Source of the DNA: an uncultured delta proteobacterium
Lineage (GTDB): Bacteria > Desulfobacterota > Binatia > UBA9968
Assembly: GCA_963771465.1 (NCBI GenBank)
Contig: CAVYTU010000014.1
Span: 1,024,001 to 1,088,000 of the forward strand
Direction: 5' to 3'
DNA: 64,000 nucleotides
Every line of letters begins with the position of its first letter. The first letter of the stretch is position 1. The translations under genes were made by a program, and so were the position numbers. The notes under the pieces are model-generated. The model made no database searches. It was not told the origin of the DNA and saw nothing but the letters and a program-made list of their open reading frames with translations. Shown piece after piece: positions 18,275-28,151 of the stretch.

Positions 18275-20014
18275 ATGGCACAAGCGGCAAATGGCAACTG
18301 GGATCTGGTAGCGGATGTTATCGTGATTGGTTCGGGAGCGGCGGGGTTGCCGGCGGCGATCAAAGCCGTAGAAGGCGGGGCGTCGGTGATCGTTGTCGAG
18401 GCGAATTACGATGTCGGGGGACATGCAATCCTTAGCGGCGGTCATATGGCTTTGGGCGGCGGCACGAGCGCGCAGAAAAAATTTAATATTCCAGACTCGC
18501 CGGACACGGTTTTTTCCGATCTCACCGACTGGTCCATCGTCCAACCGAACGGCGCGCCAGATTTCCGCTACAACGACCGCGCGGTGATGCGCGCGTTTGC
18601 CGATCATTGCGCCCAGACTTTTGAATTTTTGCTTGCCAACGGTGTCGAATTTACCGACAAGGCGCCGGACAATCACGGCGCGTCGACGACAGGCAATTCG
18701 GCGCCACGAGAGAATCACGCGTTCTGGACCAAAGGCGCGGGACTGGAAAGCCCCAACGCCGCCGCGGGCACGGGCGTGATTAGGCCCCTGGAAGCGAGCG
18801 CGCGCAAAAAGGGCGTCAAGTTTCTACTGAACTACAAGATGACGGGTATTATTCGCGCGCCTTCGACGGAAAAAGGCGCCGGGCACGTGATCGGGATCGA
18901 TGCACAGTACACTCCGCGCATCATGCCCGGTTCATCCACGCCGCTCAAAAGCTTTCGCGCGGATGGCAATATCGAGAGCACGCAGCCGACGATGAAACTG
19001 CGCGCGCACAAAGCCGTGATCGTCGCCACCGGCGGCAGCACCAGCCATATCGAATTTCGCCGCATGTTCGATCCGCGCTTGACCCCAGTTATTCAAGTCG
19101 GCGGCGAGCCTTATACTTATCAAGATGCCAGCGGCGAGCTCGCGGCGATGGCGGTCGGCGCGGCATTATGGGGCCTTGCCAATCAGACGCTGGAAAACGG
19201 CGCGACCATGCGCACGCAACGCGCCCTGGCGACTAAGTATAATTACACGACCTGGAAATTGGAGAGCCCGATTTTTCCATTGGTGAAGGCGACCGGTTTC
19301 AACGTCAAAGATTGGCAAGACGTGATTCTCGTCAATCAGGTCGGCAAGCGCTTTTACGACGAGACCAAGGGCGACGTACCTCACGGCAATCTGGGCGGCC
19401 AAATCACGCCATGCACGCCCAACGATTATCGTAACGCGGAGAACGTCAAGTTTAACCCGACGCGATACAATTTTACCCACGCCGCATTGGCGATGAACGA
19501 ATACTCGGAGCCGCCGGACTATTGTGCCGGGCCGCAGTGGGCTATTTTCGACGCCGACGCGGTGGAGCGGGAAGGTTGGAAAGTGGTGCCGCCGTACGTC
19601 GATCCAGACGGCTATTTTTTTAGCGCCAACACACTCGTCGAACTTGCCGCGGCGATTAAGAATGAATATCAGGCGAAACCGATGAAGGGCGAGATTTTGC
19701 AAGCGACCGTGGAGCGCTACAACTCCTTCGTCGACTCCGGTGTGGATACGGATTTCGGCAAACCGGCGCCGAAACATAAAATTCAAAGAGCGCCGTTTTA
19801 CGCGGCGTGGGGAACGGTGATCGTGCACGATACGCGCGCCGGTTTAAGAATCAATGCCAGGTGCCAGGTGATCGACATGAACGGCCAGGTGATTCCCGGT
19901 TTATATTGCGCCGGGGAGTCCGCCGGCGGTTTCAATCAACACGGCATGGGTCGCTGTGCGACGCAGGGCTATATTTGCGGGGTTGACGCGGCGAAGTTGC
20001 CGCGGCGCGAATAG
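18275..20014 (+). CDS. FAD-dependent oxidoreductase, FAD_binding_2 family (fumarate reductase/KstD/TcuA-like)
   Basis: DVIVIGSGAAG dinucleotide motif, AVIVATGG, VNQVGKRFYDE, GLRIN...VID..G.VIPGLYCAGE. Confidence 0.85.
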   Translation: MAQAANGNWDLVADVIVIGSGAAGLPAAIKAVEGGASVIVVEANYDVGGHAILSGGHMALGGGTSAQKKFNIPDSPDTVFSDLTDWSIVQPNGAPDFRYNDRAVMRAFADHCAQTFEFLLANGVEFTDKAPDNHGASTTGNSAPRENHAFWTKGAGLESPNAAAGTGVIRPLEASARKKGVKFLLNYKMTGIIRAPSTEKGAGHVIGIDAQYTPRIMPGSSTPLKSFRADGNIESTQPTMKLRAHKAVIVATGGSTSHIEFRRMFDPRLTPVIQVGGEPYTYQDASGELAAMAVGAALWGLANQTLENGATMRTQRALATKYNYTTWKLESPIFPLVKATGFNVKDWQDVILVNQVGKRFYDETKGDVPHGNLGGQITPCTPNDYRNAENVKFNPTRYNFTHAALAMNEYSEPPDYCAGPQWAIFDADAVEREGWKVVPPYVDPDGYFFSANTLVELAAAIKNEYQAKPMKGEILQATVERYNSFVDSGVDTDFGKPAPKHKIQRAPFYAAWGTVIVHDTRAGLRINARCQVIDMNGQVIPGLYCAGESAGGFNQHGMGRCATQGYICGVDAAKLPRRE

Positions 20015-20109
20015 GCATGCTCGCCTCGCGGCGTAGAAGTGCGAGCGAAGCAAGTTGCAGCGCGGCGCGCATGGACGACTGCGATCTTAAAATTCGTCGC
20101 GCGCGCGAG

Positions 20110-20766
20110 CTAATCTTTTTTGCCGGGACGATTTTTAGGGCGCGAGAGGTATTCTTTCAACAGCGGCGAATCGTAATCGGCTTTACCGATTCCGTTGAGA
20201 TGGCCGTAGTATTTCCCCATGGATTTTCCCTGCTCGTCATACTTGGTTCCCATATAGAGTAACGGATTGGCGTCTTCACGGTAGAGCTCGCCTTCCATGA
20301 CGCCTTTGCGGATATGGGTCGCGAGCACTTCGCCGACGAATAGGTCCATGCCGTCGTCGAAGGGGATTTGGCGCACGACTTTGTATTCCACGTTGCCGAT
20401 CGCTTCTCCGATCAGCGGCACGGAGATTTTCGATGGCTTGACCGCGGTGAGCTTGGCGGCTTGCCATTTATCCACGTCGTGGCCGGAGATGTAGCCGGCG
20501 AAGACGACCACGTCCATCATCTTATCCGTCGGCGCGCTCATGACGAATTCGCCGCGCTCGAGCAGAAAATCGTAAGTCAAAGTTTTTTTCTGGATCGCCA
20601 CCACCATGCGCGACGGCTCGGCGCCGGTGGGCGTAAACCACATCGCCGTGAGAAAATTTAGCCGGTCGTTTTTTCCTCGGGTGACGACTAGCGACGGTAC
20701 GCGGATCGCGAACGGTTTGTTGCCGTGGTTGCCGGCTTCGAAATCAATCGGGTCTTGCCAGTTCAT
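20110..20766 (-). CDS. Flavin reductase-like family protein
   Basis: W..P....P...VAI, GEFV, G..SG..VDK, P.I.EA...E, LFVGEV. Confidence 0.8.
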   Translation of the reverse strand: MNWQDPIDFEAGNHGNKPFAIRVPSLVVTRGKNDRLNFLTAMWFTPTGAEPSRMVVAIQKKTLTYDFLLERGEFVMSAPTDKMMDVVVFAGYISGHDVDKWQAAKLTAVKPSKISVPLIGEAIGNVEYKVVRQIPFDDGMDLFVGEVLATHIRKGVMEGELYREDANPLLYMGTKYDEQGKSMGKYYGHLNGIGKADYDSPLLKEYLSRPKNRPGKKD

Positions 20767-20924
20767 AGTCCTACGTTTTTATCGAATCGGCGATTCAATT
20801 CAACCGTAACGCCTTGGCGGAGGTTCGCGATGGGGCGCGAAGCCGCTAGCGTTACGAAAGCCGAATTCCCAGATCGCAACGGCGGGGTTGCTCCGACACC
20901 CGACAACATCGTAAAGAATCAGTC

Positions 20925-21923
20925 ATGCTCTACCTTTCACACGCCGATACCCAACGTCTCGATATCCGTATGACCGACGTGGTGCCTGCCATCGAAGAAG
21001 CTTTTCGCCGCGTCGGCAATGGTCAGGCTGTGGTCGCGCCGCGCGTGCGCGTGCTCCACCCGCCGCTGGAGAAAAACAGCATGGGCAAAGGCCGGCCGTG
21101 GGTGCGTGACCTGCGCATCATTCCCGGCGCTGTTGAAGACATCGGCTACGGCGTCCGTTTGGGAGCTTCGCTGCGCCGCCAAGGCGGCGGCGTGATTTTG
21201 GTTCTCTTCGACTGGCTGACCATGGAACTCGCAGCGTTGATCTCCGATCATTTAGTGCACGCGGTGCGCAGCACGGCGCCCTGCGGCGTGATGGCGAAAT
21301 ATCTCGCGCTGGAAAACGCTTCCACTTTGGCGCTCATCGGTTCCGGCCGTTTGGCTCGCTGGGCGGCTGAAGCGGTCTGCGCCGTGCGGCCGATCCGCGA
21401 CCTACGCGTGTGGAGCCCGACTCCGGGACACCGACTCGAATGTATCGAATATTTGCAAAGCCGTCTTGGCGCTTCGATTCAAGTTCGCGAAGCTGAAAAT
21501 AGTGAGACAGCGATCCGCGGCGCCGAGATCGTCGCCACGGCGACGAAATCGCTTGAGCCGGTGATGAAAGGCGAATGGCTCTCGCCGGGCTGCACCGTGC
21601 TCTGCAACACGCCGGAAGAGCTGGATCAGGAGACTTTTCTGCGCGGCAGAATCATTACGACTTACAACGATGGCATTCTTACCCATGTGCCGCCGTACCA
21701 TTCGCTGGTTGAATTGGTCGAAGCCGGCAAGTTGAGCGAGGCGGATTTTTCAACTGAGTTGGGCGACATCGTCGCCGGCAAAATTCCGGGCCGAGTATGG
21801 AAGGATCAAATAATCGTCGGCTTGAATCCCGCGTTCGGCATTCTCGACGCGGCGACCGCGGAGTTCGTATATCCGGAGAGCAAAGCAGATGGGGATTGGA
21901 ACGGAGTTGGAACCGTAGGATAG
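20925..21923 (+). CDS. Ornithine cyclodeaminase/mu-crystallin family protein (probable +1 frameshift near 21873)
   Basis: R.TA, LALIGSGRLA, ATAT...PV..GEWL.PG, ELGDIVAGK.PGR. The family-like end YRRAKQMGIGTELEP* lies in the shifted frame. Confidence 0.8.
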   Translation: MLYLSHADTQRLDIRMTDVVPAIEEAFRRVGNGQAVVAPRVRVLHPPLEKNSMGKGRPWVRDLRIIPGAVEDIGYGVRLGASLRRQGGGVILVLFDWLTMELAALISDHLVHAVRSTAPCGVMAKYLALENASTLALIGSGRLARWAAEAVCAVRPIRDLRVWSPTPGHRLECIEYLQSRLGASIQVREAENSETAIRGAEIVATATKSLEPVMKGEWLSPGCTVLCNTPEELDQETFLRGRIITTYNDGILTHVPPYHSLVELVEAGKLSEADFSTELGDIVAGKIPGRVWKDQIIVGLNPAFGILDAATAEFVYPESKADGDWNGVGTVG

Positions 21924-22310
21924 TATCGCTTCGCTCCATCCAATCTTACGGTGATGCCTTACAGCCCGCCGCGTCGTATTGTCTCTAAATACGCCACGTT
22001 CAACAAGCGATGCGATGCTGAATGCTTTGTTCGAATTGATCTTAGAATTCGTCATCGAGTTTGTTTTCCAAATCCTGGTTGAGTTGGGATTTGAAAGCTT
22101 TGCTGAATGATGGCGACTTTCTGGAGTGGTGCGCTGTTCGCGTTTAGTATGTCGTGGGTGCGCTGGCTGCGGGTGGGCAGAGTGGTTTAACAACCCACAG
22201 GCGCAAGCGCCGCGGTTTTCCGCGTTCCATTGATGTCATCCAATACCGCAATGCCGAGGAGTTTTACGGATTCAGATTTGACTAAGGCAGGCAGCTGCGG
22301 CGAACGAAAT

Positions 22311-22350
22311 GGTTGCCAGCTGCCGCGCTAGCGGGCAGGAGCTGGCAACC
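22311..22350. terminator. GC-rich hairpin, likely terminator for 22374-22901
   Basis: GGTTGCCAGC...GCTGGCAACC perfect 10-bp stem just downstream of the minus-strand stop. Confidence 0.55.
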
Positions 22351-22373
22351 GCAATCGTTATTGCCGAATCGGA

Positions 22374-22901
22374 CTAATCGAACTTGACGATGCCGGCGGC
22401 GAACCAGTTGCCGCTGCCCGCGGTACGGATAAGCAGCATCGGGCTCGCGCATGTGGCCGGCGGTAACGGGACGAGGACATCGTCGATTTTGAAATCGCCA
22501 TTGTCGGCGAGCGGCACGCCCGTAGATGTGGTACTGCGCTCGGTAAATGGCGCCGCAGCTTCACAAATCAGTGTGGCAAACACGCTTTGTCCCGTCGCTC
22601 TGCCGGCGTTATTGCCGCCACCCAAAACTAGCCCTCGCCCTTCGACCTTAATATCTCCATTCATCTTCACCTCTGCCTTGAGGTCGGCGATCACCCAGAT
22701 CTGACCCGGCGGTTGAACGCCGCGGACAATATTCCGGTTCACGACCTCGGCGGTGGCAGCCGTGCCCACGCCGCTCGAGACCGGGATAGCGCCGATTCCG
22801 CCTTTAAATTTCGCCAGGATGCCTTCATCCGCAAGTACCGCCGACGCAAAAGAAACTCCGATGAAAAACACGAAAGTTGCGACGAAATAATTCTTTTTCA
22901 T
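22374..22901 (-). CDS. Hypothetical exported protein
   Basis: GGAGG RBS, signal peptide (MKK...AVLA), beta-rich body with two Cys. Confidence 0.7.
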   Translation of the reverse strand: MKKNYFVATFVFFIGVSFASAVLADEGILAKFKGGIGAIPVSSGVGTAATAEVVNRNIVRGVQPPGQIWVIADLKAEVKMNGDIKVEGRGLVLGGGNNAGRATGQSVFATLICEAAAPFTERSTTSTGVPLADNGDFKIDDVLVPLPPATCASPMLLIRTAGSGNWFAAGIVKFD

Positions 22902-23256
22902 AAAGGCACCTCCATGGGTTATTTTTTTACTTCTTTAGAACCGGCTTCAATTGTCAGTTGCTGATGAACCTCAGTCAGGCAGTGATTCTACTTGAGATGC
23001 CACTAGTGCTGTCAAACCCCAATCGGGGGAATTATGGTGTTCCCGATTGAGACCTGTTCCGAAGATCTAGAATCGAGTTCTCTTGCGATGCAGAGTATGA
23101 ATGACCGGGGCCGTTGCGGTTCCGAGCTTTGATTTTATAGCCGCAGATAATAAGTCGCAGGGAGAACCCGGCTACTGGGGATTCTTTCAGCAGGAAGAAA
23201 CACGCCGGACTAAAAGATTACCCGCCACGTCGTTGCGAGTAGGTTCCGGCTCCAGT

Positions 23257-23925
23257 CTATTTCGGCGCGAACACGAGGAAGTATTGATGCGGCAGGAACG
23301 TGTGTTCTTTGCTCAGTTTAAACCCATTGGCGTCCATTTGCTTGATGAGATCCTCGCGGGCGATTTTCATTTGCATGGGCGGGCCGAACGGCAATTCTTT
23401 TTTATGAAAGTCGATCATGACGATCTCGCCGCCGGGTTTGAGCATCTTCTTCATCGACGAAAGATATTGGGTCTGGTTCTCGACGTGATGCCAGACGTCG
23501 CAGATGAAAAAGCGATTGACCGATCGATCCGGCAGCAGTGGGTCGTCGGGATCGGCGAGGACCGTGACGACATTCGTGGTCTTCGTCTCGCGGATGCGCC
23601 GGGTGACGTGGCGCACCATGTCGGGGCTCACGTCGACGGCGTAGATTTTGCCTTTGTCGCCGACGTGATGTGACAGACGGAACGTAAAGTAGCCGGAACC
23701 GGCGCCGATGTCGGCGATCACCTCGCCTGGTTTGATATTCAGCGCCGTTAAAACTTCGTGCGGTTTCTGGTAAGCGTCGCGCTTGGGATCATCCAGCGCG
23801 CCGATGTATGATTTCGGATCATTATGCAGCTCATGCATCTTATGTTGATCGCGTTTGACGGCGTCCTGGCCGCTAACTGAGAGCGGGAGCATAAGAAAGG
23901 TTAGAACAAACCACACAAGTTTCAT
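23257..23925 (-). CDS. Class I SAM-dependent methyltransferase with N-terminal signal peptide
   Basis: VIADIGAGSGYF motif I, YAVDV, LKPGG; hydrophobic N-terminus ending SVSG-Q. Confidence 0.88.
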   Translation of the reverse strand: MKLVWFVLTFLMLPLSVSGQDAVKRDQHKMHELHNDPKSYIGALDDPKRDAYQKPHEVLTALNIKPGEVIADIGAGSGYFTFRLSHHVGDKGKIYAVDVSPDMVRHVTRRIRETKTTNVVTVLADPDDPLLPDRSVNRFFICDVWHHVENQTQYLSSMKKMLKPGGEIVMIDFHKKELPFGPPMQMKIAREDLIKQMDANGFKLSKEHTFLPHQYFLVFAPK

Positions 23926-23945
23926 TGGTATCTCCTTGGATGCGT

Positions 23946-23975
23946 ACGTAGGAAGGTCGCGACCGTTCCCTACGT
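23946..23975. repeat. GTAG-family REP-like palindrome
   Basis: ACGTAGG AA GGTCGCGACC GTT CCCTACGT. Confidence 0.55.
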
Positions 23976-24060
23976 TAGCACTTCAGGAATGCGCGATTAA
24001 TAGCCACCATGGGCGAAAATTATTTGCCTGTTTTGCCGTTTCCCTGTATTCCTAATCGCT

Positions 24061-25428
24061 ATGGCACAGACTGAACTGAAACGACAACTGAGCTTGTTTG
24101 ACGCCGTGATGTTGATCGCCGGTGACATGATCGGTACGGGGATTTTTATTTCTACCGGGGCGATCGCCGAAACTCTGCCGACTCCCGGCGGCGTCTTGCT
24201 CGTGTGGCTGTTCGGCGGCCTGCTCGCGCTCGCGGGCGCGCTCACTTGCGCCGAGTTGTCGGCGAGTTTGCCCTACGCCGGCGGCGATTACATTTACATC
24301 CGCGAAGCCTACGGCAGGCTGATGGGTTTCTTGTCAGGCTGGTCGTCGTTTCTCGTGACGTTCTCCGGGGCGATCGCTTTTCTTGCCGTAATTTTGAATG
24401 GCTTTGCGTCGTTTTTCTTTCCGGTGCTCGGTTCTCAAGACTTGCTGTTCTCGATCCCGCTGCCGCTGATTCCGATCAGCGCGACGGTGGGCACGTTGTT
24501 TTCCATGGCTGTGGTTTTACTCCTGTCGGGACTGCACTGCTTGGGCGTCAGGCAAGGAACGCTGACGCAAAATATTTTGACTACGCTGAAGATCGGCGCG
24601 CTGTTGGCAATCATCGTCTTCGGCGTTCTGTTCGGCGACGGCAACACGAGCCATTTTGAACCGCTCTTCGATTGGCAGAAGATCGGCAACTTCAGTTTGT
24701 TCGGCGCGGCCTTTATTCCGGTGATCTTCGCTTACTCAGGATGGAATGCGGTGACCTATATCGCCGGCGAAGTGAAAGATCCGGAGCGCAATCTTCCGCG
24801 CGCTCTGATGTACGGCGTGCTGATCGTGATGGCGCTCTATTTGGCGATCAACGCGGTCTATATTTACGCTGTTCCAGTCACTGAGATGAAAGGGGCGCTG
24901 CGCATGTCGGAGGTCGCCACGACGGCGCTGTTCGGCCTTAAAACCTCGGCTTGGATCACCGGCATCATCACGATCTCGATTCTCGGCGCGCTCAACGTCG
25001 TAACGATGATCGGGCCGCGCATTTACTACGCGATGGCCAAGGACGGAGTCTTTTTCAAGCAACTCACCTATGTTCATCCCAAATTCGGCACTCCCACCAA
25101 GGCCATCATGCTTCAAGCGCTGTGGAGCTGTTTGCTGATACTCACCAACACTTGGGGAACCTTGTTTACTTATGTCAGCGTCGCGATCACGCTGTTCTCG
25201 GCGTTCACCGTCGCCTCAGTCATCGTGCTGCGTTACAAGCGGCCCGAACTCAAGCGGCCCTATCGGCTCTGGGGTTATCCGCTCGTGCCGATCCTTTTTG
25301 TCCTCGTTCATCTCTGGATCGTCTGGGGCTCGGTGACGGAAAAGCCGACGGAATCGCTCATTGGGCTCTTCATCGTCTGTCTGGGGATTCCGGTGTATTG
25401 GATTTGGCGAAGACAGCCGAGCCGCTGA
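24061..25428 (+). CDS. APC superfamily amino acid permease
   Basis: IGTGIF, AEL...P.AGG.Y.Y, FAYSGWN...AGEVKDP.RNLPRA, PR..YAMA.DG, RPY...GYP. Confidence 0.92.
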   Translation: MAQTELKRQLSLFDAVMLIAGDMIGTGIFISTGAIAETLPTPGGVLLVWLFGGLLALAGALTCAELSASLPYAGGDYIYIREAYGRLMGFLSGWSSFLVTFSGAIAFLAVILNGFASFFFPVLGSQDLLFSIPLPLIPISATVGTLFSMAVVLLLSGLHCLGVRQGTLTQNILTTLKIGALLAIIVFGVLFGDGNTSHFEPLFDWQKIGNFSLFGAAFIPVIFAYSGWNAVTYIAGEVKDPERNLPRALMYGVLIVMALYLAINAVYIYAVPVTEMKGALRMSEVATTALFGLKTSAWITGIITISILGALNVVTMIGPRIYYAMAKDGVFFKQLTYVHPKFGTPTKAIMLQALWSCLLILTNTWGTLFTYVSVAITLFSAFTVASVIVLRYKRPELKRPYRLWGYPLVPILFVLVHLWIVWGSVTEKPTESLIGLFIVCLGIPVYWIWRRQPSR

Positions 25429-25434
25429 AGGCGG

Positions 25435-25523
25435 AATTGAGAATGGATAATGGATAATTGATAATGTCGGAAACGCCCTATTTTTAGTCTTTAATTATCC
25501 ATTTTCAATTATCATTATCCATT
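25435..25523. repeat. Heptamer (GATAATG-like) inverted array
   Basis: AATTGAGAATGGATAATGGATAATTGATAAT arm opposite an AATTATCCATTTTCAATTATCATTATCCATT arm. Confidence 0.8.
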
Positions 25524-25527
25524 TGAT

Positions 25528-26136
25528 ATGGTTCGCATCACCAAAGTTTACACGCGCACCGGCGACCGCGGCGAGACCGGGTTGGTCGGCGGCAAACGTG
25601 TGGCGAAAGACTCGCTTCGGGTGGAAGCCTACGGCGCCATCGACGAGCTCAACTCCATCGTCGGACTGGCGCGGGTGTTCAATGAAGAGGACCGCGCCGC
25701 TGGCGCAGCGCATGAGTTCTTGGACGAAGTGTTGTGCCAGATACAAGACGAGCTGTTCGACGTGGGCAGTGAGCTGGCCACACCGCCGGAATTTTTCACC
25801 GAGGGTATGTATCGAGTGGCCGACGATGAAGTCAAACGGCTCGAAAAACTGATGGATCGCTGTCAGAAAGACCTCGAACCGCTCAAGTCCTTCGTGCTGC
25901 CCGGCGGCGGGCGCATCGGCGCTTACTTGCATCAATGCCGCACCGTGTGCCGGCGCGCCGAGCGCGATATTCTCCGCCTGTCGCGCAGCGAAGAAGTAAA
26001 TCCGACACTGCTTAAATATGTTAACCGGCTGAGCGATTTATTTTTCGTCCTGGCGCGCTGGATCAGCAAGCAGATGGGCGAGCAGGAATATTTGTGGCAG
26101 CGCGGCTTAAAGAATCAAGGCAAAAGGAAAAAGTAA
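25528..26136 (+). CDS. pduO: Cob(I)alamin adenosyltransferase, PduO type
   Basis: KVYTRTGD.GET.L, YG.IDELNS, F.LPGG, RTVCRRAER, Y.NRLSD.FF. Confidence 0.92.
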   Translation: MVRITKVYTRTGDRGETGLVGGKRVAKDSLRVEAYGAIDELNSIVGLARVFNEEDRAAGAAHEFLDEVLCQIQDELFDVGSELATPPEFFTEGMYRVADDEVKRLEKLMDRCQKDLEPLKSFVLPGGGRIGAYLHQCRTVCRRAERDILRLSRSEEVNPTLLKYVNRLSDLFFVLARWISKQMGEQEYLWQRGLKNQGKRKK

Positions 26137-26152
26137 AAAGAAAAGAAAACCG
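26119..26152 (+). repeat. A-rich heptamer array (GGCAAAAG-type), copy 1
   Basis: GGCAAAAGGAAAAAGTAAAAAGAAAAGAAAACCG; supplies the pduO stop codon. Confidence 0.65.
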
Positions 26153-26176
26153 CAGAAGAGCTAAAATTGGCTGGGT

Positions 26177-27166
26177 ATGAAACACATCATCGGACTACTG
26201 GTGATCTTTGCGACTCTGGTGGTCTGTGTGGCTGTGGCGGAGGCGCAGCAGCCGAAGAAAGTTGCGCGCATATGTTATCTAGGGAACACCGTTTCGGTCC
26301 ACAGCGATTAATGATAAAGCCATTTCGTCAACGTTTACGTGAGCTCGGCTATGTCGAGGGGCAGAACATCACAATCGAGTACCGGTATTTTGAGGGAAAA
26401 GTTGAGCGCCTTCCAGATCTTGCCGCTGAGTTAGTCCGTCTCAACTGTGATGTCATCGTTACCCAAGGAACTGAAGCGGCGGAGGCTGCTAAAAACGCGA
26501 CCAAGACGATCCCCGTTGTCATGGCATTCGGCGCGGATGCCGTAAAGCGTGGCATCGTCGCGGACCTCGCGCGCCCCGGTGGAAACATCACCGGGACTGA
26601 CCAATATGGGCGCCGAGCTATACGGAAAACGGCTCGAACTATTAAAAGAAACGGTTCCCAAGCTCTCGCGGGTGGCTTTTCTCTGGAGTCCGACCAATCC
26701 CAGACGCGGCCGATGACGTTGAAAGAGATGGAGACTGTGGCGCGGTTTTTACGGGTAGGGCTTCAATCCTTAGAGGTGAAAGGGCCTGATGACTTCGAAG
26801 GGGCATTTCAAGCCGCAACCAAAAAGCGTGCTCAGGCGCTTATTGCTGGGAGGCGGCGGGTTCTTCGGCTGCTCACGAAAAACGGATCATAGAGCTAGCG
26901 GCAAAGAACCGGCTTCCAGCAATGTATATTGTCGACATCGGTATGTCGAGGCAGGTGGACTGATGTCTTACGGAGAGGATCGTGCAGAGATGTTCCGGCG
27001 CGCCGCTGAGATCGTGGATAAGATTCTCAAGGGGACAAAACCCGCTGACATACCTGTGGAGCGGCCCAAGAAGTTCGATTTCGTCATCAATCTCAAGGCG
27101 GCGAAGCAGATCGGCCTGACGGTTCCGCCCGAAGTGTTGGCGCGGGCGAGTAGAATCATTCGATAA
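26177..27166 (+). pseudogene. ABC_sub_bind-type substrate-binding protein, multiply frameshifted
   Basis: Family motifs are spread over three frames: AEAQQPKKV, LRELGYVEGQNI.IEYR, LARPGGNITG, KRLELLKE, GGLMSYG, ILKG.KPADIPVE.P.KF..VINLK. Confidence 0.85.
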
Positions 27167-27177
27167 TTGCGGAGAAA

Positions 27178-27213
27178 GGCAAAAGTAAAAGGGTAAAAGT
27201 AAAAGAAAAGCCG
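27178..27213 (+). repeat. A-rich heptamer array, copy 2
   Basis: GGCAAAAGTAAAAGGGTAAAAGTAAAAGAAAAGCCG. Confidence 0.65.
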
Positions 27214-27284
27214 AGTGATTGTCTGGATTCTCTTTCAGAGATCGGACGTCCGAACTCTGAATTCCGATCTCGGGAGGTCTACTG

Positions 27285-28055
27285 ATGGGTTTATTGGACG
27301 GTAAAAAGGCGGCGATCTTTGGCGTGGCCAATGAGCGGAGCATCGCTTGGGCGATCTCGGAGGCGTTTCACGCCGAGGGCGCGGAGATGGCGTTTACTTT
27401 CGCCGGTGAGATTTTGGAAAAGCGCGTGCGGCCGCTGGCCGAAGGGATCGGCTCGAAGATAATTCTGCCCTGCGACGTGACCAAGGACGAAGAGATCGAC
27501 AAAGTCTTTGCAGCGCTCAAGCAAGAATGGGGCGGGCTCGATATTCTGATCCACGCGATCGCCTTCGCCAACAAAGAGGACTTGTCCAATCCCTACGTGC
27601 AGACGAGCCGAGCCGGCTTTCAACTGGCGATGGACGTGAGCGCCTATTCCTTCGTTGCGTTGGCCCAACGCGCGGCGCCGCTGATGGAAGGCCGGAGCGG
27701 CGCGATTCTCACGTTGACTTACATGGGCTCGGAGAAAGTCATTCCGAATTATAATGTCATGGGCGTCGCCAAGGCGGCGCTGGAGGCGAGCGTGCGTTAT
27801 ATGGCGCATGATCTCGGACCCAAAGGGATTCGCGTCAACGCGATCTCCGCTGGGCCGCTGCGCACGCTGGCCGCGGCGGGCATTTCCGATTTCAAAACCA
27901 TGCTGCACCATGTCGCCGAGCGCGCGCCACTGAAAAGAAACATCGACGCCGAAGAAGTCGGCAAGTCCGCGCTCTATCTGTGCAGCGATTGGGGCAGCGC
28001 GGTGACCGGCGAAGTGGTGCATGTCGACGCCGGCTATAATATTATGGGGATGTGA
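27285..28055 (+). CDS. fabI: Enoyl-ACP reductase (NADH)
   Basis: GVAN.RSIAW.I, YNVMGVAKAALE (YxxMxxxK), RVNAISAGP.RTLA, VTGE..HVD.G. Confidence 0.95.
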   Translation: MGLLDGKKAAIFGVANERSIAWAISEAFHAEGAEMAFTFAGEILEKRVRPLAEGIGSKIILPCDVTKDEEIDKVFAALKQEWGGLDILIHAIAFANKEDLSNPYVQTSRAGFQLAMDVSAYSFVALAQRAAPLMEGRSGAILTLTYMGSEKVIPNYNVMGVAKAALEASVRYMAHDLGPKGIRVNAISAGPLRTLAAAGISDFKTMLHHVAERAPLKRNIDAEEVGKSALYLCSDWGSAVTGEVVHVDAGYNIMGM

Positions 28056-28067
28056 GTAGATTGGGGA

Positions 28068-28129
28068 ATGGAGTGATGGAGAACGAAGTGGAGTCGTTGG
28101 GCTGATTTACCCAAACTCCATCACTCCAT
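28068..28129. repeat. Octamer (TGGAGTGA-like) inverted array
   Basis: ATGGAGTGATGGAG (28068-28081) and CTCCATCACTCCAT (28116-28129) form a perfect 14-bp inverted repeat. Confidence 0.75.
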
Positions 28130-28151
28130 CTCAACATTCCGGAGGGGTTTT

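Noticed and set aside
25428-25528. Cobalamin riboswitch upstream of pduO
   Set aside because: The spacer is short, AT-rich and filled by the heptamer palindrome; no B12 box.
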